A stretch of 64,000 bases of DNA, taken from positions 144,371-208,370 of the forward strand of contig JAFCCU010000001.1 in NCBI GenBank assembly GCA_017610005.1. The letters run 5' to 3'. Each line of letters starts with the position of its first letter. Position 1 is the stretch's first letter. The translations under genes and the position numbers were made by a program. Positions 48,027 to 57,435 of this stretch are shown here, piece after piece. This DNA is from Candidatus Woesearchaeota archaeon (GTDB taxonomy: Archaea; Nanobdellota; Nanobdellia; Woesearchaeales; B29-G15). The notes under the pieces were generated by a model. It searched no databases. It worked only from the letters and a program-made list of their open reading frames with translations, and was not told the origin of the DNA.

Positions 48027-51000
48027 AACCTTACTTACAATTGGATTAGTATTATTTATGTTAGTATTAACTGGTTGCCCTTCTGAAGATAAAGCATACT
48101 CCATTGCAGAAGACCATTATCTTATAGGTTTTATTTTACATAATGTAGATGATTCAACTAATGAAATCCTTAATTATTCTGTTGATGATTTAGCAGTTTA
48201 TAATTATTCATACAATTATCCAGGAGGATTGCCCAGGACATATTCTCAAGTATTATTTTGGGTGGCCCCAATACACGAAAACTCTTCAGCAGGTGCAGGG
48301 TCAAGTTGGATTGATATAAATGTTCCAGTATCAAAAACATATTATTTGTATGGAGAAAATCCAGTTCCACAAAGCTATAGATCAAATTGGTCATTCTCAA
48401 ATTACTTACATGTTAATTACCTAAAATCTGAAGAATCAAGTGTTGAATTTGCTTATGAAGTTATGCAAGTTGAACACTATTTATCAGAAAGTGCATTTTA
48501 TGGAATAACCCCAATACCTGGAGTTTACAAACAAATAAGTTTTGGTGGCGCACCGTACTTGCCAACAAGTATTACAATTAATGACAGTAATTTATTATTA
48601 AATAGTCATCTTCTAAGGGGGAGTAATGGGAATTCTTATATTTCAAGAAGGACCAAACAGGATGTATGGAACTCAGAAACTGGAGAAATTAATGTTTCTC
48701 TTTTGGAACCCAACTTTCAAATTTATAAAGAAGGAAGCTTAGATGAATTTGGAAACTTAACTGATGAAGGTTATAATTGGGATAAAACAAAATTAAATTA
48801 TGACCTGACCAATGGAAATTACACTGTTATTGTAAATTTTTCTTCTTATTACCCTGTTTGGAACCACACAATGATTACAAGTTCCTTTGAATACCCTTCA
48901 ATTGACCCAGAACCACCAGTTTTAACTCAAATAAATATATCTCCAAGATTCCAATATAATGAAAATATTAATGTTTCATTAAATTTTACTGATGATTCAA
49001 CAATTAGCAATGTTTCAATTTTTTATTCTACTGATCTTGATGACACATGGGTAGAGACAAACGTTGATGAAAATTATACAACAAATTTTTCTATCCCTAA
49101 TGGTGGAGAAGAAGAAATAAATTTAAAATTTGAAGCAATCGATTTTTATAATAACTCCATCAATTGGGTTGTAAAACCTGTCTCTTTACTATCAATATTG
49201 CCAATATTTGATTTTGATTGTGAAGAAAGCTCAGCCACCAGAGGTGAATTAATCTCTTGCAGTGGTCAATGTATAACTGACCTCGGTGGAAACTGCAGTG
49301 GGCTTAGGTTTGCATATTATTTAAATGATCAATTTGTTAGTTATGATAGAAGTGAAAAATATGATTCATGGGCTGGGACAGAAGAAGGAGAATTTTCTAC
49401 TGAAATAACTATCCCTTATACAATAACAGGTGATAGTCTAAATATTTCTTTAATTTTCCCAGGGACTGGTATTTTTCAAGATGTCACAGAAACAGTTGAA
49501 ATTGACCTTGTTATGCACGAATATGATCTAGCTGTAAACAACTTAACTTGTCTTAGTCCAGAAATTGATGCAATTAATGATATTACAGCAGAAGTTTTCA
49601 ACAACGGGGATTATGAGTCTACACAAGTAAATGTAAGTTTAATAATTGATCAAGTTTTAGTTAACTCCACAATCATTTCTACAGTATCCAGTTTAGAAAG
49701 CGAATCTGTTTCATTTAATTGGAGCCCAACAGAATCAGGAATTTATAATATTACAATCTATGTAACACCAGAAGATGATGATGGAGATTTAACAAATAAC
49801 TACGCTGAAACAGAAGTTAGTCTGGGGGCAGACATTAAAGGATATATCTCATTATCCTCGTGGAGTAATGCTATTAATGAAAGTGTAGAAATAAATATTG
49901 ACTACGGCAACAATAAAGATATTAATGTCACAGATATTTCTGCTGTTTTCTTTGACTTTTATGATTATGATTCAACTTATCCAGATTATGGAAAACAAGG
50001 TAATCTATACCTAAATGATACTTTATATTATGTCAATGCTACACTCCGCGGAAATTTGGTTGATTTCAACATAACTTATAATGATACTAGTTATTATTAT
50101 ACGCTTCATGAAGGCCAAAGTATATTACTTAATACTGGTGCTCGATTTGATTTTAAATATAAATATTCAGATTATTGTGCGTTGATGATTGGATTTGCGG
50201 AAAAAACTGAATTTGAGCTTGAAAATTTAACAAGTTATGACGAAAAAGAAAAGAAGTTTAATTGGACCCCCACAGTATTAGGCTACCATCGCTTAAAGCT
50301 TTTTATTAATACCTCAAGTGATTCATATTGGGCAAATAATAATGATTACACTGGAGGTTATGTAAAATCATATAATCCAGACTTAATAGTTATGGTAGAT
50401 AGTAATTACTATTTAGAGTACAATGCTCCTTCTAATCTTGAAATTGATATTTATAATGATGGGTATGTGGATTCTGGCCAAATTTCAGGGTTATTTACTA
50501 TTTATTATCCTTATGTTGACGAATATATCTCTTATGAATCTACTGATATTATTGAGTTTAATGGAAATAACTATTCAATTTATGTAAATGGGAGTAGTAA
50601 TTTAGTTTTTTACAATGTAACTTATGATGGGACTTCAGAACTGTTCAATTTAACTTATGGAGAGAATATTACGTTAGGGGATGGAACAGTCCTTGACTCA
50701 GTTTATATGAGTGATTATGGCACAACATCCTTATTAGGGATTCCTAACTCTACAGATGTGTCTTATTCAAGTATTCAAGCAGGGTTCTCTAGATTAGAAT
50801 ATGAAACATGGATACCCGTAGAATTAGGAGATTATTCATTAAAGATTAAACTGGATGATGCAAATGATGCAGACCCAAGTGATAACTTTGATTTTTATGA
50901 AGTTACTGCAAAAGTTCCAGGTCCTGATTTAAGTTTAGGTTTTTATAACTATGAAGATGCCTTTGTAAATCAAGAGTATTCACTAGGAATAAGTCTTTAT

Positions 51001-54000
51001 AATTATGGTACAACTGAAGGAATCAATGCAAATCTTTCCATATTAGACTTGTATAGTTATGAATCTAAATCTGGTTACTTTGCAAATTCAAGAATATTTG
51101 AATTCAATGGAACTGAATTTAATGTAACGCTAAATTCAAGTTCAAATGAAAGTTACCTTGCAGGAAAATTAAAATTTGATGACACAATATTAAATATTTC
51201 GGGGTATGAATGGGGAGATTATTTTGAGGTTGGAGAGGGATTATTCTTTGCTATAGACCGATGTTATACAGATAAATGTTATTTTTTCATTGGCAATGGG
51301 ACAATAACCTCATACACGATTGCAAATATTAGCACTAACACTTATAAGGAATTCAACTTCACTCCAACAGTGATTGGTGAACATGAGATATTCGTTAGTT
51401 TAAATGTAAGTGACGAAGTTGATTATTCCAATAATTATTATAATGATAATTTAGAAGTAATAAAACCTGGGCCAAATCTTTATACTTACTTAGGTGGGGA
51501 TTACTTTATACCTGTAAATTCTTCAACCAATGTTTCTCTTAATTACAAAAATATTGGCACAGCACCCAGTAATTGTTCTTATAAGGTGTATGCTCTTGAA
51601 GAATATAACACTTCATATCTCTATTGTGGGGAAAGCGGAACATTTTATTATAATTCTGAAACTTATTATATTAATTCAACAAATTATAATTCAACCTTTA
51701 AAATTTTTAATATAACTCATAATGGTACAAAATATAATTACATGCTTTCAAGGTATCAGGGAGTAGAACTTCCTAATGGAGATTATTTCTTTAGCGATTC
51801 TGGGGGGAGTTCTAGTTGTTATCCTGGATTTGGAAAAGGCAATTTCTCTTCTGGAAGAATTAACATAGGTCCAACTAATAACTATAATACTGCAATCATT
51901 AGTTATACTCCATCAACGCTTGGACAGATAAAACTGCTTTCATATGCAAATTGTTCTGATGATACTGATTATTCGAACAATGGAGCATATTTTACTTCAT
52001 ATGCCCTTCGTCCAGGTGCAAATGGCGAACCTTATTTCTATATTTCTTCATATACTCAGGCTACGACCTTATCGCTTAGATTAAATAATGTGGGAACAAC
52101 TCAGATTATTAATGGTTCACTGTTCTTATATGAAAATGAAGTTTTGATTTATAATATCTCGGGGTTAACTGTGGATAATGATGACACTTCTTATAATTAC
52201 TATGATTACATTCCTACTACCCTTGGAACAACTACCTTAACTTTAGTTGCAAATGTTCCAGATGATATTAATCAAAGTAATAATATTTACACTAGAAAAT
52301 CTTACACCTATCAAGTTGTCAATAGAAGTTTTACCACAAATGATGAAAATGGATCTGTAAATGATGATCAGATAATTAATCTTTTAAATGATGATCTTGA
52401 TAATGTAGCAAATAAATCAAAAGCAACTTATTATTTCCCTGAAGACAACATAGTTATTCTTAATAATGACACTTCAAATTATTTAACTTCTGTAGAGTAT
52501 ATTCTAGCTAATACGACTAATAATCTTACTGCTCAAACACAATTCTATGAAAACTTTGGAAATAAATATTTTATATATGCAACAAATCCTGATTATAGTT
52601 TTAATAATACAAATTGGGCAATTGAGCATAATGACTATCTCTCTTTTGTCCATTCATTGGAAGGATTTGTTGTTTATGGTTGTAATGATTGGAATTTTTC
52701 ATCGAGAAATTGCTCTTGGAATTATGTTTCTAATGATTTAAATGTTTATTCTGATAGTTTTGAATTTTACGATTACACTGGAAAATACACTACATTTGCC
52801 CTTGCAAATGACACCGACTTAGACAGTGTTCCAACTGATGAAGATAACTGCCCCTACATATTTAATAGAAGGCAAACTGATGTTGACAACGATGGACAGG
52901 GAGATAAATGCGACTCCGATGCAGATGATGATGGAATAAATGATTCTGAAGATACAATTATTGGAAAAGCTGCTTCAATTAATTCAAATGTGGCGTTAAA
53001 CATAACAATAAATGGGAGTTTAAATATTAATGGAACTAAAAATAAAACTCAGCTTGTTGAAATCAAAAAAGAAAATATAACTATTGTTAAATTTAATCAC
53101 AATTTTAGTAGTAAAAGGCTTCAACTAACAAATATCACTATTCGTGTACAAAGCGATACAAGCCCCCTAGGGTATCTAGTTATTCAAGGCATCAATTTGG
53201 TAAATGATACAAAAACAGTCACTGTCGACCGTATAGGTGGCTCTAATAGTGTTTGTGTTAAAGATGCACTTGTAACAAACATATCAGAGATGTCAGATGA
53301 TTGCAATGAGACATATGAGACAGAACTAAGCTGCATTACAGGCCTTGAACAATCAGGATACAACTGCTCTATAAACGGCTCTACTTTTATTATATCAGGA
53401 TTAAATCATTCAGCTTTAAAAGAAATTGCTTTACCTGCTCCAACTACCACAACTACTATTAGTTCCTCCAGTGGAAGCTCAAGTGGAGGGACTGGAATGG
53501 GAATTGCACCGCTTTGTTTGCCTGATCCTCAATGCGGGTCTTGGGGTAATTGCTTTGAAAACGAAACTCAATATAGGGAGTGTTTTGATGCTTGTCGCCA
53601 AAAAGCGTCTGTTGAAAAGCAAAGTTGCACATATATTATGCCCACTACAACAACTTCGATTGAGCCAGTAATAGAAACTCCCGCTTTAATAGAAACTTGT
53701 GATGATGGTTATTGGAATCAAGATGAAGAAGGAATTGATTGTGGAGGGGTTTGTGAACCTTGCAAGGTATTTAAAGATACAATTAAAGCATTACCTATTG
53801 CAATAGGTTTAGGGGTCTTGTTAGGTGGTATTTTGGCCTTTTTATGGGTTAAAAAACATAGTTCCACTCCTGCTTATCATGAAAAAGAAAATGAATTAGC
53901 TGACTTTATTAAACAAGCAAAAGGTGCATTACATAATAAAGATATTGAAACTGCTAGGCAAATGTATGGGAAAATTAAAACAGCTTATTCAAAACTCCCT

Positions 54001-54063
54001 GAACAAGAAAAAGAACTATTCTATGATCACATTATGGAAGTTTATAACAGGTTATCTAAGTGA
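47965..54063 (+). CDS. Giant (about 2000 aa) N-glycosylation-rich cell-surface protein with thrombospondin-type-3-like Ca-binding repeats, a membrane-proximal Cys-rich module, and a C-terminal TM anchor with cytoplasmic tail; candidate S-layer protein or adhesin. The true start is uncertain.
   Basis: Hydrophobic N-terminal segment LLTIGLVLFMLVLTGC with a lipobox-like LTGC. Dozens of NxS/T sequons. DEDNCPY...DVDNDGQGDKCDSDADDDGINDSEDT. CLPDPQCGSWGNC...CGGVCEPC. ALPIAIGLGVLLGGILAFLWV then KKHS. Confidence 0.75.
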   Translation: MGYLQIQLTPQEETVDQLEHKTLLTIGLVLFMLVLTGCPSEDKAYSIAEDHYLIGFILHNVDDSTNEILNYSVDDLAVYNYSYNYPGGLPRTYSQVLFWVAPIHENSSAGAGSSWIDINVPVSKTYYLYGENPVPQSYRSNWSFSNYLHVNYLKSEESSVEFAYEVMQVEHYLSESAFYGITPIPGVYKQISFGGAPYLPTSITINDSNLLLNSHLLRGSNGNSYISRRTKQDVWNSETGEINVSLLEPNFQIYKEGSLDEFGNLTDEGYNWDKTKLNYDLTNGNYTVIVNFSSYYPVWNHTMITSSFEYPSIDPEPPVLTQINISPRFQYNENINVSLNFTDDSTISNVSIFYSTDLDDTWVETNVDENYTTNFSIPNGGEEEINLKFEAIDFYNNSINWVVKPVSLLSILPIFDFDCEESSATRGELISCSGQCITDLGGNCSGLRFAYYLNDQFVSYDRSEKYDSWAGTEEGEFSTEITIPYTITGDSLNISLIFPGTGIFQDVTETVEIDLVMHEYDLAVNNLTCLSPEIDAINDITAEVFNNGDYESTQVNVSLIIDQVLVNSTIISTVSSLESESVSFNWSPTESGIYNITIYVTPEDDDGDLTNNYAETEVSLGADIKGYISLSSWSNAINESVEINIDYGNNKDINVTDISAVFFDFYDYDSTYPDYGKQGNLYLNDTLYYVNATLRGNLVDFNITYNDTSYYYTLHEGQSILLNTGARFDFKYKYSDYCALMIGFAEKTEFELENLTSYDEKEKKFNWTPTVLGYHRLKLFINTSSDSYWANNNDYTGGYVKSYNPDLIVMVDSNYYLEYNAPSNLEIDIYNDGYVDSGQISGLFTIYYPYVDEYISYESTDIIEFNGNNYSIYVNGSSNLVFYNVTYDGTSELFNLTYGENITLGDGTVLDSVYMSDYGTTSLLGIPNSTDVSYSSIQAGFSRLEYETWIPVELGDYSLKIKLDDANDADPSDNFDFYEVTAKVPGPDLSLGFYNYEDAFVNQEYSLGISLYNYGTTEGINANLSILDLYSYESKSGYFANSRIFEFNGTEFNVTLNSSSNESYLAGKLKFDDTILNISGYEWGDYFEVGEGLFFAIDRCYTDKCYFFIGNGTITSYTIANISTNTYKEFNFTPTVIGEHEIFVSLNVSDEVDYSNNYYNDNLEVIKPGPNLYTYLGGDYFIPVNSSTNVSLNYKNIGTAPSNCSYKVYALEEYNTSYLYCGESGTFYYNSETYYINSTNYNSTFKIFNITHNGTKYNYMLSRYQGVELPNGDYFFSDSGGSSSCYPGFGKGNFSSGRINIGPTNNYNTAIISYTPSTLGQIKLLSYANCSDDTDYSNNGAYFTSYALRPGANGEPYFYISSYTQATTLSLRLNNVGTTQIINGSLFLYENEVLIYNISGLTVDNDDTSYNYYDYIPTTLGTTTLTLVANVPDDINQSNNIYTRKSYTYQVVNRSFTTNDENGSVNDDQIINLLNDDLDNVANKSKATYYFPEDNIVILNNDTSNYLTSVEYILANTTNNLTAQTQFYENFGNKYFIYATNPDYSFNNTNWAIEHNDYLSFVHSLEGFVVYGCNDWNFSSRNCSWNYVSNDLNVYSDSFEFYDYTGKYTTFALANDTDLDSVPTDEDNCPYIFNRRQTDVDNDGQGDKCDSDADDDGINDSEDTIIGKAASINSNVALNITINGSLNINGTKNKTQLVEIKKENITIVKFNHNFSSKRLQLTNITIRVQSDTSPLGYLVIQGINLVNDTKTVTVDRIGGSNSVCVKDALVTNISEMSDDCNETYETELSCITGLEQSGYNCSINGSTFIISGLNHSALKEIALPAPTTTTTISSSSGSSSGGTGMGIAPLCLPDPQCGSWGNCFENETQYRECFDACRQKASVEKQSCTYIMPTTTTSIEPVIETPALIETCDDGYWNQDEEGIDCGGVCEPCKVFKDTIKALPIAIGLGVLLGGILAFLWVKKHSSTPAYHEKENELADFIKQAKGALHNKDIETARQMYGKIKTAYSKLPEQEKELFYDHIMEVYNRLSK

Positions 54064-54263
54064 AATACAGGCATTACAAAAGTAAATTTTACGAATTTAT
54101 AGGAATTACGTATGATTCTGAAACTCTTGAAGAATCAGTTGTTTACAAGGCGTTATACCACTATGAAAAATTTGGTAAGATGCAATATGGGTTAGGCCTA
54201 AGACTATGTTTTTTTGAAAAGTGGAATGGAAAATTAATTCCAAGATTCGAGGAAATACAATGA
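54060..54263 (+). CDS. DUF1653-like small protein (GTG start overlapping the upstream stop)
   Basis: KYRHYKSKFYEFIG...ESVVYKALY is a YRHYKG-type motif; 67 aa. Confidence 0.45.
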   Translation: MKYRHYKSKFYEFIGITYDSETLEESVVYKALYHYEKFGKMQYGLGLRLCFFEKWNGKLIPRFEEIQ

Positions 54264-54658
54264 AAACAGTAGTAAAAGCGATTATAAAGAAAAATGGCAA
54301 AATTTTACTTATAAAACGAAGTGAAAACGATAGATATTATCCTGGTGCGTGGGATCTTCCAGGGGGCAATATCGAAGCTAATGAATGTCTTGCCATTGCC
54401 TTGAAAAGAGAAGTTTATGAGGAAACAGGCTTAAAATGTGAGCCTATTGATATTGTATGGCAAAAAACAGAATATGTGATTGACGTTAAAATAAACTTTA
54501 AAGTTTTCTCTACCAGAAACATTTCAGGTGAACTTAAACTATCATTTGAACACAGCAATTTTATGCTCGCTGATGTAAAAAAGATAAAGAACTTAAATGT
54601 AAATCCATTTATTCTTAAAGTAATTTCTGATATCCCTGCAATTGATATTTTGCCTTAA
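54260..54658 (+). CDS. Nudix hydrolase
   Basis: Nudix box GAWDLPGGNIEANECLAIALKREVYEETGL. Start taken at the ATG at 54260 (ATGA overlap with the previous stop). Confidence 0.8.
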   Translation: MKTVVKAIIKKNGKILLIKRSENDRYYPGAWDLPGGNIEANECLAIALKREVYEETGLKCEPIDIVWQKTEYVIDVKINFKVFSTRNISGELKLSFEHSNFMLADVKKIKNLNVNPFILKVISDIPAIDILP

Positions 54659-54781
54659 CCAACACTTTTATAAACGATCAACTCCTTTTCATCAACATGA
54701 ACAAAGAAAGTGATTGTTTTCATTGTTGTTTTAACTAGTTTTCAGTCTCCTAAAACCAATATTCGATATATACTTTCTCCA

Positions 54782-54809
54782 GACTGCAGACTCCAAACTC
54801 CAGATTGTT
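54782..54809. repeat. Degenerate heptamer array (CAGACTG CAGACTC CAAACTC CAGATTG)
   Basis: 7-nt periodicity, the same family as the large arrays; upstream of tRNA-His. Confidence 0.4.
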
Positions 54810-54825
54810 TTGGTTTACCAAAACC

Positions 54826-54833
54826 TTTATATT
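54826..54833 (+). promoter_or_regulatory. TATA-box-like element (TTTATATT) about 27 nt upstream of tRNA-His
   Basis: AAACCTTTATATT resembles an archaeal BRE plus TATA box; spacing is appropriate for a TSS near 54857-54859. Confidence 0.35.
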
Positions 54834-54858
54834 CTAATCAAAAACTTTACGGAGGTAT

Positions 54859-54931
54859 GGCAGCTGTAGTGTAACGGTTAGCATGGGACCCTGTGGAGGT
54901 CCAGGAGCGGGTTCGACTCCCGCCATTTGCC
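54859..54931 (+). tRNA. tRNA-His (anticodon GTG at 54893-54895) with an encoded G-1
   Basis: Manual cloverleaf. G-1:C73. Acceptor GCAGCTG/CATTTGC with one C:U mismatch. D stem GTGT/GCAT, loop AACGGTTA. Anticodon stem GGACC/GGTCC, loop CTGTGGA. T stem GCGGG/CCCGC, loop TTCGACT. Sits directly upstream of hisS. Confidence 0.8.
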
Positions 54932-54940
54932 CTTAAAATC

Positions 54941-56209
54941 ATGAAAACTGTAAAAGGAACCAGGGATTTTCTACCAAGTGAACAGTTAATAAGAGAGGAT
55001 ATTATGCAATCCTTGAGGGTTGTATTTCAATCTTTTGGATTTAGACCTCTTGATACCCCTGCACTCGAACTTTTTGAAACACTTTCCGCTAAATATGCTG
55101 GTGGTTCTGAAATTTTAAAAGAAACTTTCTCATTAAAAGGTAGAAGTGATACACCATTAGGCTTGAGATATGACTTAACAGTGCCCCTCGCGCGTGTAAT
55201 TGCTTCTAATCCACAATTAAAATTTCCCTTTAAACGCTATCAAATAAGTAAGGTTTGGCGCGATGGGCCAGTAGGCATGGGAAGATACAGAGAATTTTGG
55301 CAATGTGATGTTGACACAATTGGTGCTAAATCAATGAAAGCTGACGCTGAAATACTTGCAATTGCTTATGAAGTTTTTAAAAAATTAGAATGCAAAGTTG
55401 TAATAAACGTAAACAATAGAAAACTTCTTAATGGAATATTAGAAAAATTAGAAATTTCTAATACAGCCGATGCAATCTCAATTATTGATAAATTTAAAAA
55501 ATTAAACAAAAAGGGCCTTTTAAAAGAATTTAAAGCTAAAGGCATAAGTTCTGTTACTGCTGAAAAAATATTAAACTTCTTTGAGAAAATTCCAACTAAT
55601 GCACTTTCTTTTCTCTCAAAAGAAATAACAAGTGAAGAGGGTCAAGAAGGGCTCCAAGAATTAAAAGAGCTAAGTAAATATGCAAAAGCTTATGGCATCA
55701 AAGTCAATATAACTCCGGAACTTGCAAGAGGATTAAGCTATTATACTTCAACCATTTTTGAAATATTTGCACCAAAATTCAATTTCTCTTTAGCAGGTGG
55801 CGGCCGCTATAATAAATTAATTGGAAGTTTTTTAAATGCAAAACAAGACTATCCTGCAGTCGGAATCTCTTTTGGGCTTGATAGAATTAGAGATATTTTA
55901 GCTGAAAAAACCACAAAAATCGAAACAAAAACCCAAATATTCATAATCCCTATTGGAACAGAACTCGAAGCAATAGTCCTTACAAAAAAACTTAGAGAAG
56001 TAGGAATTAATGTTGAAACTGATATTATGGGCAAAGGCATAACAAAAAACCTAAATTATGCAAATTCCCTTGGAATCCCTTATGTTTTATTCTTAGGAGA
56101 AAAAGAAATTAAAGCAGGTAAATATAAACTCAAAAACATGACTTCTGGTAAAGAAACCTTAATCACAGAAAAAACCTTAATAAAACAACTTTTTTCTCCA
56201 GACTGTTAG
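54941..56209 (+). CDS. hisS: Histidyl-tRNA synthetase. Start at the ATG at 54941; the track's 54893 start overlaps the tRNA.
   Basis: Class II motifs (GTRDFLP, LRYDLTVPLAR, FRYERPQ-like RYREFWQCDVD, GGGRYN) and a C-terminal anticodon-binding domain. Confidence 0.9.
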   Translation: MKTVKGTRDFLPSEQLIREDIMQSLRVVFQSFGFRPLDTPALELFETLSAKYAGGSEILKETFSLKGRSDTPLGLRYDLTVPLARVIASNPQLKFPFKRYQISKVWRDGPVGMGRYREFWQCDVDTIGAKSMKADAEILAIAYEVFKKLECKVVINVNNRKLLNGILEKLEISNTADAISIIDKFKKLNKKGLLKEFKAKGISSVTAEKILNFFEKIPTNALSFLSKEITSEEGQEGLQELKELSKYAKAYGIKVNITPELARGLSYYTSTIFEIFAPKFNFSLAGGGRYNKLIGSFLNAKQDYPAVGISFGLDRIRDILAEKTTKIETKTQIFIIPIGTELEAIVLTKKLREVGINVETDIMGKGITKNLNYANSLGIPYVLFLGEKEIKAGKYKLKNMTSGKETLITEKTLIKQLFSPDC

Positions 56210-56346
56210 AGGGTTTAGGGTTTAAGGTATGGTAAATATTGTTTTTCACTTCAGACTTCAGACTTCAGACTTCAGACTTCAGACTTCAGACTTCAGACTT
56301 CAGACTTCAGACTTCAGACTTCAGACTTCAGACTTCAGACTTCAGA
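56210..56346 (+). repeat. Heptamer array module B. It has the conserved flank GAGGGTTTAGGGTTTAAGGTATGGTAAATATTGTTTTTCAC followed by (CTTCAGA)x14.
   Basis: The flank starts immediately after the hisS TAG stop; 98 nt of perfect 7-mers. Direct orientation relative to module C. Confidence 0.9.
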
Positions 56347-56449
56347 CTGTTAAATATTTCTTCTCCTTAAATCAGCTGCACGTTCATAGTAAACTCTTGC
56401 TTTTTCAAATCGCCCCTTCTCATACATTATTTCTCCTTTCCTGTGGTAT

Positions 56450-56857
56450 CTAGCTGCTTGCAATAAATACAACTAAACCTAAAAGAATACTAGACGAAGC
56501 AGTTAAGGGTTTAGAAATCTGTCCAGTTATAGAAACACAGTTTTCATCAATTTCATTATTACAATTATCATCAACATCATTACAATATTCACCATGAGGA
56601 AGATTTTCAGTGCATTGACAATGAGTATATTCTATTTCTATTTCTCCTCTCAAATTATCAATTATTCCATCACAGTTATCATCTTGATTATTACATATTT
56701 CTTTAGCCCCTGGAAATACACTATTTGAATTGTCATCACAGTCCGGAGTAGAAAATTGACAGCCACCATTAACCCCAAATCCATCATTATCTGTATCAAC
56801 ACAAACAGCAGATACTAACGGAATCATTAATAGAATTAACAAAACAAAATACTTCAT
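56450..56857 (-). CDS. Secreted Cys-rich protein with three CxDxDxDG-type (MopE-like putative metal-binding) repeats and a C-terminal hydrophobic anchor
   Basis: Signal peptide MKYFVLLILLMIPLVSA. Repeats CVDTDNDGFG, CNNQDDNCDGIID and CNDVDDNCNNEIDENC. C-terminal ILLGLVVFIASS. Confidence 0.55.
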   Translation of the reverse strand: MKYFVLLILLMIPLVSAVCVDTDNDGFGVNGGCQFSTPDCDDNSNSVFPGAKEICNNQDDNCDGIIDNLRGEIEIEYTHCQCTENLPHGEYCNDVDDNCNNEIDENCVSITGQISKPLTASSSILLGLVVFIASS

Positions 56858-56949
56858 ATTTTATTTTCTAGTGTTTTAATGTTTATATAATTTCGGTATT
56901 ATGTGATAGTTACAACAATTTATAAATATCAAGCTCAAAATTACCTTCT

Positions 56950-57435
56950 ATGAAAAAAGGACAGATCATTTCTCAAGTATTTGTTTATATGTTAGTGCTA
57001 TTTGTTGTAGGAATTGTTGCTGTGATTGGCACAATGGGTGTAGGAAATCTACTTGAAAAACAGTGTTTAGCAGATATTTCGAAATTTAAAGGAGATTTTG
57101 CAAAAAATGTTTATGATACCAAAGATTTAGGAGAAGCAAAAATTTATTCTCATAGGATGCCTTGTTCTTTTAATCATATCTGTTTTTTTGATCCCATCGC
57201 ACCTATTGGAACACCTAAATATCAATCTTCTTTTATTCAAGAATATTCAGATTCAAATAATGTATTCTTAGTTAAAGCCCCACAACCAATACGTTCAGAT
57301 ATGGTAGACGCTTTTAATACCTCAAAAATATCTTTAACCACTAGATACAAATGTTTTAATGCAACTAGCGGAAGATTGCGTGTACTTTTAGAAGGAAATG
57401 GCAAACGGGGAACAAAAGTCTTAGTACCAAATTGA
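56950..57435 (+). CDS. Archaeal type IV pilin-like protein (class III signal peptide)
   Basis: MKKG|QIISQVFVYMLVLFVVGIVAVIG has the KG/Q prepilin-peptidase site with a conserved +1 Gln and hydrophobic helix; 161 aa. Confidence 0.5.
   Translation: MKKGQIISQVFVYMLVLFVVGIVAVIGTMGVGNLLEKQCLADISKFKGDFAKNVYDTKDLGEAKIYSHRMPCSFNHICFFDPIAPIGTPKYQSSFIQEYSDSNNVFLVKAPQPIRSDMVDAFNTSKISLTTRYKCFNATSGRLRVLLEGNGKRGTKVLVPN

Noticed and set aside
51530-53671. Short internal or antisense ORFs inside the giant surface-protein gene (51530..51715, 52547..52741, 53426..53671)
   Set aside because: Embedded in a continuous 2032-aa reading frame; typical AT-rich spurious ORFs.
54893-54940. N-terminal extension of hisS (MEVQERVRLPPFALKI)
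   Set aside because: Overlaps the tRNA-His gene; the real start is the ATG at 54941 (MKTVKGTRDF).
56210-56226. Telomere-like (TTTAGGG)2 at the start of the conserved flank
   Set aside because: Only two copies, inside a circular-type archaeal gene neighbourhood; treated as coincidence.
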